This document shows positions 9,986 to 19,433 of a DNA stretch of 64,000 nt, piece by piece. The notes beneath the pieces are model-generated. The model ran no database searches. It worked only from the letters and a program-made list of their open reading frames with translations, and had not been told where the DNA came from. Source of the stretch: an uncultured Rickettsiaceae bacterium (GTDB taxonomy: Bacteria > Pseudomonadota > Alphaproteobacteria > Rickettsiales > Rickettsiaceae); the NCBI GenBank assembly GCA_905479865.1, contig CAJQOD010000006.1, positions 7,578-71,577 of the forward strand. The letters are read 5' to 3'. The position numbers and the translations under genes are program-made. Numbering within the stretch: the first letter of the stretch is position 1; each line of letters starts with the position of its first letter.

Positions 9986-10723
9986 TTATCTGAGTTCCTT
10001 ATCAATAAAGGTTTGCCCCAGGTATACTTCGCGTACTTCAGGGCTACCTATAATATCCGATGGCTCGCCTTCCATCAGCACTTTCCCATCGTATATTATA
10101 TATGCTCGATCCACAATATCCAGTGTATCTCTTACGTTGTGATCAGTAATTAGCACTCCAATATTGCGGTCTTTTAAATGTGATACCAGCTGTTTGATGT
10201 CTCTAACAGCAATTGGATCGATTCCGGCAAGTGGTTCATCAAGCAACATAAAATTAGGTTCAGCTGCCAGGGCTCTAGCTATCTCTAATCTTCTGCGTTC
10301 TCCACCGGAAAGAGTTGTAGCTAGTTTATTTTTCAAGTAACCTATTGAAAATTCATCTAATAACTCTTCTACTTTAGCTTCAATCTCTTCTTTATCATTA
10401 TGAATAATTTCTAAAATGGCTTTGATGTTATCTTTTACGCTCAAGCCCCTAAAAATAGATGATTCTTGTGGTAAGTAACCAAGGCCAAGGCGTGCCCTTA
10501 GATACATAGGGAGGTTGGTGATATCCTGTTCGTTTAATAATAATTGCCCAAGATCAGTCTTTACAAGGCCAATAATAATGCTAAAGAGAGTAGTTTTGCC
10601 GGCGCCATTTGGGCCAAATAATCCCACTGCCTCACCTTGTTCAAAGTGGCAATTAATCTCTCTTAAGACAGGTTTTTTATCATAAGATTTAGATATATTC
10701 TGAATGACTAATCTATTCTGCAT
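9986..10723 (-). CDS. lptB: LPS export ABC transporter ATP-binding protein
   Basis: GPNGAGKTT, GYLPQESSIFR, LSGGERRRLEIARAL, ITDHNVRDTL. Confidence 0.96.
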   Translation of the reverse strand: MQNRLVIQNISKSYDKKPVLREINCHFEQGEAVGLFGPNGAGKTTLFSIIIGLVKTDLGQLLLNEQDITNLPMYLRARLGLGYLPQESSIFRGLSVKDNIKAILEIIHNDKEEIEAKVEELLDEFSIGYLKNKLATTLSGGERRRLEIARALAAEPNFMLLDEPLAGIDPIAVRDIKQLVSHLKDRNIGVLITDHNVRDTLDIVDRAYIIYDGKVLMEGEPSDIIGSPEVREVYLGQTFIDKELR

Positions 10724-10743
10724 TATTTTTTTGTTCTATCGCT

Positions 10744-11175
10744 TTAGTCTATCCCTTTAAAGTGAACTGAGTATACCAGCTTGTTAGTCGCCAGTACATC
10801 ACCTTCTTTCTGTATTTTAACATTTCCTTCTAAAGTAAGTTTTTTTGTTAAATTATTAAAGACTCCTTTATCCGCGATAATAATTTCTTCGCCGCAATTT
10901 TTGATAGCCCTTAATTTGAATGGAATCACGATTTTTTTTATTTTTCTTTTATCCGCAATGTCAGTATAGAAAACAGTTAATTTTGAGGTAATGAGTTTTA
11001 AATCATCAAAAGTGACCGTAACAATTCCATTAAAAGTTGCTGTTGATTGATCTTTTTTTATACTTAAAGTATCCGAGGTGATGTTTAACTCATTAGTGGA
11101 AGCTGAGGCAATATCCACAAATATCATACAGACGCATATAAAAAACATGAAAATTTTTTCAAGAACCGGAATCAT
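10744..11175 (-). CDS. lptA: LptA/OstA family LPS transport protein
   Basis: Signal peptide and beta-jellyroll pattern; lies between lptC and lptB. Confidence 0.8.
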   Translation of the reverse strand: MIPVLEKIFMFFICVCMIFVDIASASTNELNITSDTLSIKKDQSTATFNGIVTVTFDDLKLITSKLTVFYTDIADKRKIKKIVIPFKLRAIKNCGEEIIIADKGVFNNLTKKLTLEGNVKIQKEGDVLATNKLVYSVHFKGID

Positions 11176-11769
11176 CTATTTATCAATATTAAAATTTGAT
11201 TTTACATTGCCTTTAAACTCAATGTTATTGCTTGAATCTTTAGTTTTAAAACTATCAGCTCTAATGTTGGATTGTTCAAAAATCACTTCCACTTCCGTAT
11301 CGCTATGTGCATCTTTACTATCAAGATCAAACTGGATTTCTTTACTACTAAATGTTACTCCATTGAATATTACTTGCGCATCATCAGTTAGTGTAAAAGA
11401 TTTAGTAGCTTCGTCTAGCGTACCTTTTGTTGCCTTGATCAAGATATCACCATCCTCTAATGAATATTTACCATTCACGGAGTTCAGTACGTATTTGTTA
11501 GCTGAATTTTTAGTGATATTCTCAGCTGATATTTTATATGGCATAAGATCACTGCTAATTCCTTCAACAACTGAATGATTTATGCTAAGTGTATAATCTT
11601 TTGATAGTTTAGAGCGGTCTTTTTGAGATGGCTGAGTAGAAAAACCCTTGCCAATTAGGGTATTTTGAGCGTATAAAGCTGTTATAATAGCAATCAGAAC
11701 GCAGCAACCTGTACTCAGAAAGATATACTTTAATAGTTTGATTTTCCGCGTTCTAACTTTATCCTCCAC
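11176..11769 (-). CDS. lptC: LPS export periplasmic protein LptC
   Basis: N-terminal TM anchor, beta-rich body ending FKGNVK; kdsD-lptCAB synteny. Confidence 0.8.
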   Translation of the reverse strand: MEDKVRTRKIKLLKYIFLSTGCCVLIAIITALYAQNTLIGKGFSTQPSQKDRSKLSKDYTLSINHSVVEGISSDLMPYKISAENITKNSANKYVLNSVNGKYSLEDGDILIKATKGTLDEATKSFTLTDDAQVIFNGVTFSSKEIQFDLDSKDAHSDTEVEVIFEQSNIRADSFKTKDSSNNIEFKGNVKSNFNIDK

Positions 11770-11770
11770 T

Positions 11771-12718
11771 TCAACTAACTCCGGCTTTTAGTATATCATG
11801 AATATGTACAGCACCTACCAGTTTCGTGTTTTCAATAACCGGTAGTACAGTGATTGCTTTGTTATTCATAATAAAAAGGGCTTCAGTTGCTAAAGCACTT
11901 GAGATAATACTTTGTGGGAAGGTAGTCATCACATCCTTTGCTTTTAGAGCAGTTAGTTCGTCTTTGACATGTCTTCTTAAATCTCCGTCAGTCACTATTC
12001 CTATGACGCTGTGATCCTTGTCAAGGACAATTGCGCAACCCAAACATTTCTCTGTCATTGTAACAATCACATCAATAAATAAGTCTTCAGTTGATACTAT
12101 TGGTAGTTTGTCTCCATCTCGCATGACATCAGCAACTTTAAGTAAATTAGCACCAATTTTGCCCCCGGGATGAAAGAGTTTAAAATGTTCTTTGGTAAAG
12201 CCTTTCGCCTCATGCAATGCGGTAACCAAAGCATCACCTAGAGAAAGAGTCATTAAGGCTGAAGTAGTTGGAGCTGATATTGCAGAGGATTCTTTTTGCT
12301 GTGGTAGAATCAGCAAAAAATTACTGTTTGCTGCAAGAGTAGAGTTTTCTTTCATGGTCATTGCAGCAATTTTGATGTTGTATCTTTTACAGTAATTAAC
12401 CGTATCAAACAGTTCTTTAGTCTCACCCGAGTTTGAGAGCATGATGACTAAATCTATATCAGTGATCATGCCAAGGTCGCCGTGGCTCGCTTCACCTGGA
12501 TGAATAAAAAACGCCGGTGTTCCGGTAGAGGCTAAACTTGCAGCAATTTTTTTTGCTATGTAACCACTTTTACCCATGCCAATCAGGATTACTCGTCCTT
12601 TTAAAGTTAAAATATGATCTACTAACAGTACAAAATCTGCAGGGATATTTTTTGTTAAAACTTGCAGAGCCTTTGATTGTCCTTCAATTACATTTTTTGC
12701 AATGTCTAAATGATTCAT
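11771..12718 (-). CDS. kdsD: KpsF/GutQ family arabinose-5-phosphate isomerase
   Basis: GMGKSG, ASTGTP..F.HPGEASHGDLG, SNSGET, APTTS; C-terminal CBS pair. Confidence 0.95.
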   Translation of the reverse strand: MNHLDIAKNVIEGQSKALQVLTKNIPADFVLLVDHILTLKGRVILIGMGKSGYIAKKIAASLASTGTPAFFIHPGEASHGDLGMITDIDLVIMLSNSGETKELFDTVNYCKRYNIKIAAMTMKENSTLAANSNFLLILPQQKESSAISAPTTSALMTLSLGDALVTALHEAKGFTKEHFKLFHPGGKIGANLLKVADVMRDGDKLPIVSTEDLFIDVIVTMTEKCLGCAIVLDKDHSVIGIVTDGDLRRHVKDELTALKAKDVMTTFPQSIISSALATEALFIMNNKAITVLPVIENTKLVGAVHIHDILKAGVS

Positions 12719-12729
12719 AATTATATAAG

Positions 12730-13347
12730 TTAACTACTATGTGAGAAAATATCTATATTGTTCCAGCCGATCAAATCAAGGTTAGCCCGGGTGGGAAGAA
12801 AATCAAAAATCTCATGGGCAATCTTGTTTCTATTGAGTTCTATCAGGCGTTCAATTAATATAGCACGAAGTGAGTGAAGATATATGACATCCTTGGCAGC
12901 ATATTCTTTCTGATCATTGCTGAGTTCATTTGCTCCCCAGTGAGATGATTGACACTGTTTGGAGATGTTAAGGTTGAGCAACTCCTTACACAAATCTTTT
13001 AATCCGTGACGATCTGTATAAGTACGTACCAGTTTCGAAGCGATTTTTGTACAGAATATATTAGTGAGGTCTATTTCTAAATATTTTTTTATTACAGCAA
13101 GATCAAATCTGGCATAGTGAAATATCTTGCCTCTATTTTCATCCAGTAGCATTTTCTTTAAGTTTGGAGCTCTATAATCAGTATTATCGAATTGTACCAA
13201 TGACGAGTCGCCATCACCATTACTCATTTGAAGGACGCATAATCTGTCACGATGGAACTGTAGCCCCATGGTTTCTGTGTCAATTGCCAAGTCACCGGGC
13301 AGATGAAAATCATCTGGTAAATCATTTTTATATACTGTAACTCTGAT
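12730..13347 (-). CDS. rnd: Ribonuclease D family 3'-5' exonuclease (probable ATC start)
   Basis: AIDTETMGL, FHYARFD, CTKIASKL.RTY, YAAKDV; the frame extends upstream of TTG 13290 as (I)RVTVYKNDLP, with AGGAGG 5 nt before ATC 13347. Confidence 0.85.
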   Translation of the reverse strand: MRVTVYKNDLPDDFHLPGDLAIDTETMGLQFHRDRLCVLQMSNGDGDSSLVQFDNTDYRAPNLKKMLLDENRGKIFHYARFDLAVIKKYLEIDLTNIFCTKIASKLVRTYTDRHGLKDLCKELLNLNISKQCQSSHWGANELSNDQKEYAAKDVIYLHSLRAILIERLIELNRNKIAHEIFDFLPTRANLDLIGWNNIDIFSHSS

Positions 13348-13369
13348 AATAACCTCCTGGTTTTTGATA

Positions 13370-13723
13370 TTATTCGTTTTCTTGTAAATTTTTGTTTTCT
13401 TCGGTTACAGGTGTTGCTTTAAATACCTTCTCCTTGGGAGAAGAAAGTCCGAGTACATTGCGTGTTTTCTCATCCAGCATGTCTCTGTCTAGTGAACCTG
13501 GTCGAAGCAGTTTTGTTCTATTCTCAATTTCTAATCTTTCAGCTCGCAGTAATTCCAATTTTTTATGTGAGTTTTCAAGTTCAGACTGAAGCTTAAAATA
13601 GGCTATAATACCTCTGCTGCCATAAATTGAATGCAGTACAAAATATAGTAGCATCATCAATATTAAAGCATTAAAAACTGTTTTTCTATTAAACTTGAAT
13701 GACTTTGAATCTCTATACATCAT
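13370..13723 (-). CDS. ftsB: Septum formation initiator, FtsB/DivIC family
   Basis: One TM, G.RG, coiled coil, SLDRDMLDEKTR.VLG. Confidence 0.85.
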   Translation of the reverse strand: MMYRDSKSFKFNRKTVFNALILMMLLYFVLHSIYGSRGIIAYFKLQSELENSHKKLELLRAERLEIENRTKLLRPGSLDRDMLDEKTRNVLGLSSPKEKVFKATPVTEENKNLQENE

Positions 13724-13746
13724 TACGCTTATCTTACACCAATCCT

Positions 13747-14403
13747 TTATAAATGACTAATGAAATATAAAACAACAAGTGGTGCTGTTAGTATTATACT
13801 GTCGAACCTGTCGAGCATTCCACCGTGGCCTGGAATAATGGTTCCAGTATCTTTAACATTGAATTTTCTTTTAAAGTAAGAGACTAGAAGATCACTGGCT
13901 TGTGCCGTGATTCCAATCGTCAAGCAGAGTATACTCAGTGAAATGTTAGATGTAAAAAGCATGTAAGGTAAGTCATAGCTTGGAATCAGAGTCAGAAGAT
14001 TAACCATAATTACTGCAGAAAGGACACCTATTATAAGTCCGCTGACTGTTTTATTAGGGCTAAGCTTAGATGCCAGTTTAGGGCCTTGGACAAGCTTGCC
14101 GCCAAACATTGCCATAACATCTACACTCCAGATTATTGTGAAGAAAGTAAATAATATCCACCCTGTTTGATCTATATATGAAATTAGTAATAGTGCGGCA
14201 ATAGGTAAGGGGATTATTACCTGACCAAGGGCGTTAAATAGTTTGGAACTCCTGGTCATGTCATACCATTCAAATAGCATCAATGCTGCAATAGAATAAA
14301 GTAGCACGTACATTAATGGTCTAAATAGGAAGATGGCAACGATAAAAACCAGGCCAATGAAGATTCCCGATGCAGATCGGGTAAGGATATTTTTTTTATT
14401 CAT
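13747..14403 (-). CDS. cdsA: Phosphatidate cytidylyltransferase
   Basis: SPNKT.SG, DL..S.FKR...VKDTG.IIPGHGGMLDRFDS. Confidence 0.95.
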   Translation of the reverse strand: MNKKNILTRSASGIFIGLVFIVAIFLFRPLMYVLLYSIAALMLFEWYDMTRSSKLFNALGQVIIPLPIAALLLISYIDQTGWILFTFFTIIWSVDVMAMFGGKLVQGPKLASKLSPNKTVSGLIIGVLSAVIMVNLLTLIPSYDLPYMLFTSNISLSILCLTIGITAQASDLLVSYFKRKFNVKDTGTIIPGHGGMLDRFDSIILTAPLVVLYFISHL

Positions 14404-15088
14404 TTTCTCTACCACCAAAATTTCTTTTTCTTTGTGAATAGTTTATTATAGCATCTTTTAAATCATTTTCATTAAAATCCGGCCAAAATTTATCTAAAAA
14501 ATATAATTCTGCGTATGCTGCCTGCCATAATAGAAAATTGCTGATTCTATAAACTCCACTAGGGCGAATCAGCAAATCTACATCGGGCATTTCCGGGTCA
14601 TACAGGAAATTCTGAAAACTTTCTTCAGTGATTGTAGTTACACCTGAGTCAATTGCTTTTTGACAGGCATTAACAATTTCATCTCTGCTTCCATAACCAA
14701 AGGCGATAGTTACCGTCATTTTAGAATTATGTTTTGTTGCATCTATTGCACTGTTTATTTTTTTTTGAAGATTCGGTGATAGTTTGTCTAAATTACCGAT
14801 AATTTTCAATTTGATTTGATAGTCACTAAGCATTTTAGTTTCATTTTTAACATAGTAGCTAAGTAGCTTAAGTAGAATAGAAACTTCATTAGCAGGCCTT
14901 TGCCAGTTTTCTGATGAGAAAGCATATAATGTAAGATATTTTATACCTAGCTTAGATGAATAAGGTATCAATGATTTTGCAGTTTCTGCTCCTTTTTTGT
15001 GTCCTTCAGCTTTAGTTTTACCATGCTTGTTAGCCCACCGGGCATTGCCATCCATGATTATCGCCAGGTGATTTAAGTTGTGTCTCAT
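14396..15088 (-). CDS. uppS: Undecaprenyl diphosphate synthase
   Basis: HLAIIMDGNARWA, YAFSSENW.RP, RISNFLLWQ. Confidence 0.96.
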   Translation of the reverse strand: MRHNLNHLAIIMDGNARWANKHGKTKAEGHKKGAETAKSLIPYSSKLGIKYLTLYAFSSENWQRPANEVSILLKLLSYYVKNETKMLSDYQIKLKIIGNLDKLSPNLQKKINSAIDATKHNSKMTVTIAFGYGSRDEIVNACQKAIDSGVTTITEESFQNFLYDPEMPDVDLLIRPSGVYRISNFLLWQAAYAELYFLDKFWPDFNENDLKDAIINYSQRKRNFGGRENE

Positions 15089-15091
15089 TGT

Positions 15092-16408
15092 TTACTGTCT
15101 TATTTTTACTGGAAGTTGAATTTTTACAAGCAACCCTTTTAATTCTTTACTGTCATCTAATGTGATAGTGCCATAGTGGCCATTAATGATCTCCTTGGTA
15201 ATTGCCAGGCCAAGTCCAACGCTTGCGAAATTATCCAGAGATCTGGACTTATCTGCTCGGTAGAAAGGTTTAAAAACCAATTTTCTATCTTTCTTCTTTA
15301 TACCACTGCCATTATCTTCTATAGTAATAAATGCATTGTTGTCTTGAGAGTATACAGAAATTTTGACTTTTGTGGAGTATTTTAGCGCATTGCTAACCAG
15401 GTTAACAATAGCTCTTTCAAACGAATGTGGTTTTACTTGAATATGAACTGGAGTTTTACTTGTGTTAGTCTGAATATTATGATCGGGCCATTTATTAATT
15501 ACATGTTCTGTAAGCCATGTATTTAAATCCAGTTCTTTAAATTTTTCTCCGCCTTCCCCACGCGCAAAATCCAAATAAGAGGACACCATGTGTTGCATGC
15601 TTTCAAGGTCATATTGTAACTCTTCTTTTTCTTCAGATTCATTCATCAATTCTACTTGCAGCTTCATACGCGTCAGCGGAGTTTTTAAATCATGTGAAAT
15701 CATTGCGAGCATTTGGGTACGCTTGGCAGTTTGACGCTCGATGCGATCTTTCATTTTTAGGAATGCCAGTCCAGCACGCCTGATTTCTTTAGCACCAGAA
15801 GGTTTGTAGAAACTTATTTCATCACCTCGGCCATAGCTTTCAGCAGCATTAGTTAACTCAATTATTGATTTTATCTGGTTTTTTGAAAAAATTAACGAAA
15901 CCGAGAGTAGCAGGATAGTAAGGAAAATAATCCACAATACAAAAATATATGTAGTCGGGTTAAGCAAAGATTTGTAAGGTAATTTAATTTGTAGTAAATC
16001 GTTCTCTATTTGCAGATAAAGTTTGATTCTACCGTTAGTATCTAAAATAACAACTCCTTCCTGACTGATTTTTTGCTTTAAAATTTTCTTGAAAATTTCC
16101 AACTCTGCTACGTATTTTGTTTGTGCTGGCGGAGGGGTTGCATCTGGTATAAATACATATTCAAAATTAAGATAGTTTCGTTTTTGATAGGGTTTACGAT
16201 TGTAATTTTTAGTATGTATTAGGGAAGAGATTTCAGTTGCTATTAAACCGCTTGCATGTTGGGAAACGTTATACCAGTGGCGTTGATAAAACAAATACAC
16301 TGCTATTAATTGCCCAATTAAAGTTGGCACAATGATTATCAGCATGAATCTTGTGAGCAAGCTTTTGGGAAGAAATTTTTTCTTAAGAGAGTTAGGTATA
16401 GAGAACAT
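15092..16408 (-). CDS. envZ: Sensor histidine kinase, EnvZ-like
   Basis: Two TMs, HAMP, ISHDLKTPLTR H-box, N/G boxes; paired with an OmpR-type regulator. Confidence 0.88.
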   Translation of the reverse strand: MFSIPNSLKKKFLPKSLLTRFMLIIIVPTLIGQLIAVYLFYQRHWYNVSQHASGLIATEISSLIHTKNYNRKPYQKRNYLNFEYVFIPDATPPPAQTKYVAELEIFKKILKQKISQEGVVILDTNGRIKLYLQIENDLLQIKLPYKSLLNPTTYIFVLWIIFLTILLLSVSLIFSKNQIKSIIELTNAAESYGRGDEISFYKPSGAKEIRRAGLAFLKMKDRIERQTAKRTQMLAMISHDLKTPLTRMKLQVELMNESEEKEELQYDLESMQHMVSSYLDFARGEGGEKFKELDLNTWLTEHVINKWPDHNIQTNTSKTPVHIQVKPHSFERAIVNLVSNALKYSTKVKISVYSQDNNAFITIEDNGSGIKKKDRKLVFKPFYRADKSRSLDNFASVGLGLAITKEIINGHYGTITLDDSKELKGLLVKIQLPVKIRQ

Positions 16409-17069
16409 ATCCCTGATTTCGTATGGTTTTTAAGAATTTAGGGTTTTTCGGATCGGATTCAATTTTATTTCTGAGGCGTACAATCTGTACATCTACAGAA
16501 CGTGGATTCAAGGCTCCCATTTCTTTCAATAATTCCTCTCTGGAGATTACCTTATTGCTTGATTTTAACAAGGTGTCAAGCAGCTTTTCTTCTGAGGAAC
16601 TCAGCCTGATACTTACATCATTTTGAGTAAATTCCTTTGTTAATAAATTATAATGATTATTACCAAATCTTGCTAATTGCTGTTCTTTTTTATGTCGGTT
16701 ATGCGAATTAATGAGGTTATTAATTCTAAGCAGTAATTCACGCGGTTCAAAAGGCTTGGTAATATAATCATTTGCACCGGCTTCAAGTCCTCGTATTTTA
16801 TCCTCAGGCTCAGAGAGTGCCGTCAACATAACAATGGGCATAATGTTGCCACTTGCCTTGATTTTAGCAGCAAATTCAAGGCCCGTTACTTCCGGCATCA
16901 TGACATCAAGAATAATTAAATCATAAGTGAAATTAGATAGCAGTCTTATTGCTTCATTAGCAGAAATACTGGTCGAAACTAAAAAGTCATTTTGGGAAAG
17001 AAATTTCTTCAAAAGTTTTAGTATTCTGTTATCATCGTCCACTATTAGAATATGCTGTCTTTTATTCAT
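16392..17069 (-). CDS. ompR: Response regulator, OmpR family
   Basis: VDDD, LDVMMP, DYITKPF receiver domain plus winged helix (TIRNQGY). Confidence 0.9.
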   Translation of the reverse strand: MNKRQHILIVDDDNRILKLLKKFLSQNDFLVSTSISANEAIRLLSNFTYDLIILDVMMPEVTGLEFAAKIKASGNIMPIVMLTALSEPEDKIRGLEAGANDYITKPFEPRELLLRINNLINSHNRHKKEQQLARFGNNHYNLLTKEFTQNDVSIRLSSSEEKLLDTLLKSSNKVISREELLKEMGALNPRSVDVQIVRLRNKIESDPKNPKFLKTIRNQGYVLYT

Positions 17070-17127
17070 CGTATTTTGTTTAATGAATTGTCAAAAATTA
17101 GTTGTTCTAGTAAATAATATAGTCTTA

Positions 17128-17173
17128 ATTAAAAGAATTGACTAGTTCTTATTAAAAGAATTGACTAGTTCTT
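17128..17173. repeat. Perfect 2 x 23-bp tandem repeat in the ompR/ilvE divergent intergenic region
   Basis: ATTAAAAGAATTGACTAGTTCTT at 17128-17150 and 17151-17173. Confidence 0.92.
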
Positions 17174-17219
17174 TGTTTCAACTTGAGCATAAGCAAGTAT
17201 ATTTATAGGTTTTAGTAGA

Positions 17220-18095
17220 ATGGATTTCAACTCATCAGAAAAATTAGCTGAGTTTATCTGGATAAATGGTAAGATCATTCCCTGGGACGAGGCTTATGTA
17301 CACGTCTTAACCCATAGTTTGCATTATTCGGGAGCTGTGTTTGAAGGTGAAAGGGTATATAATGGCAAAGTTTTTAAGTTGACAGAACATACGAACCGCC
17401 TCTTGAAATCTGCGGAATATATGCATTTGCAGGTGGATTATTCGTTGGAAGAAATTAAAGTAGCCACTGAAGATATTTTGCGTAAAAATAATCTACAAAA
17501 TGCTTATGTCAGACCGTTAATATGGCGTGGAGCTGAGTCACTCGGGGCGTATAATCCAGTGCTTACAACTAACTTATTAATTCTGGCTCAAGAGTCAAAT
17601 CCAAAATTTAGAAACGGTCTTAAGCTATGGGTTAGTCCGTGGCGTAAAATTGCTGAAAATGCAATTCCTGTGCAGGCTAAGTCTTCTGCGCATTATGCGA
17701 TGCTATCTATCTCACAAAAACTTGCCCAGGATGCGGGTTATGATGATGCATTATTACTTGATCAGTTTGATGATATTGCAGAGTGTACTACAACAAATAT
17801 ATTTTTTGGCAGGGAAGGAGAGTTGGTAACACCTGTTGCAGACAGGTTTTTAAACGGCTTAACTCGTCAGATGGTTATAAAGCTTGCTAAAAATATAGGT
17901 ATTAAAGTCAGGGAAGAAAGGATAAGTTTAGAAGATATAAAGGAATATGATACGTGTTTTGCAACGGGTACTTCTGCGGAAATACGAGGGATTTCGTCAA
18001 TATATACTGGTAAGCAGAACATAGAATTTATTAATGACAAGATGGTTGCTATATTGCAGCAAGAATATGCAAAAATTGTTGGAAAGGAATTATGA
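17220..18095 (+). CDS. ilvE: Branched-chain amino acid aminotransferase (PLP class IV)
   Basis: HSLHYSGAVFEG.R.Y, YVRP, AKS, L.GLTR, TGTSAE. Confidence 0.92.
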   Translation: MDFNSSEKLAEFIWINGKIIPWDEAYVHVLTHSLHYSGAVFEGERVYNGKVFKLTEHTNRLLKSAEYMHLQVDYSLEEIKVATEDILRKNNLQNAYVRPLIWRGAESLGAYNPVLTTNLLILAQESNPKFRNGLKLWVSPWRKIAENAIPVQAKSSAHYAMLSISQKLAQDAGYDDALLLDQFDDIAECTTTNIFFGREGELVTPVADRFLNGLTRQMVIKLAKNIGIKVREERISLEDIKEYDTCFATGTSAEIRGISSIYTGKQNIEFINDKMVAILQQEYAKIVGKEL

Positions 18096-18979
18096 TGTTT
18101 AAAGGTGTGCTTACAGCACTAATTACTCCGTTTAAAGATAATAAGCTCGATTTATCAGCTCTTGGCAATCTACTTGAAAGGCAAATTGATGCTGATGTGG
18201 ATGGCATTGTTGTTGGAGGGTCAACCGGCGAGGGTAGTAGCTTATCCGAAACTGAATATTACGAACTAATTAAAGAAGCAGTCAAATATAGCAACAGGCG
18301 TGTGGCAATCATTGCAGGGCTAACGGCTGTCAGCACATTTGATGCCACGCAGAAGGTTGCACAGCTATGCACGCTTGGAGTTGATGGTTTGATGTGTACT
18401 ACGCCGCATTATATCAAGCCGGAACAGGAAGGTATCTTTTTACATTATAAAGCCATCAATGACGTAAGTAGTTTACCGGTGATGATTTATATCCATCCGG
18501 TTAGAACCTCTTGTGACTTATCTGATGAAGTATTGTTGAAGATTGCAAATCTTGAAAATATGGTGGCGGTAAAAGATGCCAGTAGCGATTTGGAAAAACC
18601 CTTGCGGATATTACCTCAGCTAAGCTCTGATTTTTATATGCTTACAGGCAATGATTCCAGTGTGCTTTCGTATAATGCCAATGGCGGGGTGGGATGCGTT
18701 TCAGTGATTGCCAATATTTTTCCTAAATTATGCAAAAAACTGGACAAGTTGTGGCGTGATGGAAACATCACTGAGGCTCTGGAGTTGCAGCAAAAACTTA
18801 TACCGCTTTTTTCGGCAATTTTTGCAGAGAGCAATCCGATAGGTATCAAATATGCAGCTGTAAAAATGAATCTGTGTAATGATGAGATTAAATTGCCATT
18901 GACTCCTGCTCGCAAGGACACTACAAAAAAGATTGACCAGGCTTTGCTGGAGTTAATGATTATGGAAAAAAATGTCTGA
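18092..18979 (+). CDS. dapA: 4-hydroxy-tetrahydrodipicolinate synthase
   Basis: TALITPF, GSTGE, P.Y.KP, VKDAS, ESNPI.IK. Confidence 0.95.
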   Translation: MMFKGVLTALITPFKDNKLDLSALGNLLERQIDADVDGIVVGGSTGEGSSLSETEYYELIKEAVKYSNRRVAIIAGLTAVSTFDATQKVAQLCTLGVDGLMCTTPHYIKPEQEGIFLHYKAINDVSSLPVMIYIHPVRTSCDLSDEVLLKIANLENMVAVKDASSDLEKPLRILPQLSSDFYMLTGNDSSVLSYNANGGVGCVSVIANIFPKLCKKLDKLWRDGNITEALELQQKLIPLFSAIFAESNPIGIKYAAVKMNLCNDEIKLPLTPARKDTTKKIDQALLELMIMEKNV

Positions 18980-19433
18980 TTATAAGAGAATTGTAGCTCA
19001 GAATAAGCGTGTACAATTTGAATATTTCATTGAAGAAAGGCTTGAAGCGGGTATAGTGTTGACTGGTAGTGAAGTAAAATCCATCAGAGAGGGCAAGGCG
19101 GCACTAACTGACTCGCATGCTGCTGCAGATAATGGTGAGCTGTTTTTGTATAATTGCCATATTGCAGAATATGAAAAAGCTAATCGTTTTAATCACGCAA
19201 CCCGTCGGCCTAGAAAATTATTACTTCATAAGAAAGAACTTCAAAAAATATTTGGTAAAATAAAATTAAAGGGTTACACTCTAATGGCTCTTTCCATGTA
19301 TTTTAATAAGAAAAATATGATTAAGATTGAGTTAGGGCTTGCCAAAGGCAAAAAGCAGCATGACAAAAGACAGACAATTAAGGAAAAAGATTGGCAAAGA
19401 GAACAAGGGCGTATAATGAGGGATAAAGGATAA
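18972..19433 (+). CDS. smpB: SsrA-binding protein
   Basis: EAGIVLTGSEVKS.R, RKLLLHK, GKK.HDKR. Confidence 0.97.
   Translation: MSDYKRIVAQNKRVQFEYFIEERLEAGIVLTGSEVKSIREGKAALTDSHAAADNGELFLYNCHIAEYEKANRFNHATRRPRKLLLHKKELQKIFGKIKLKGYTLMALSMYFNKKNMIKIELGLAKGKKQHDKRQTIKEKDWQREQGRIMRDKG

Noticed and set aside
18972-19433. tmRNA gene expected near smpB
   Set aside because: No room in the flanks and no tmRNA-like sequence seen
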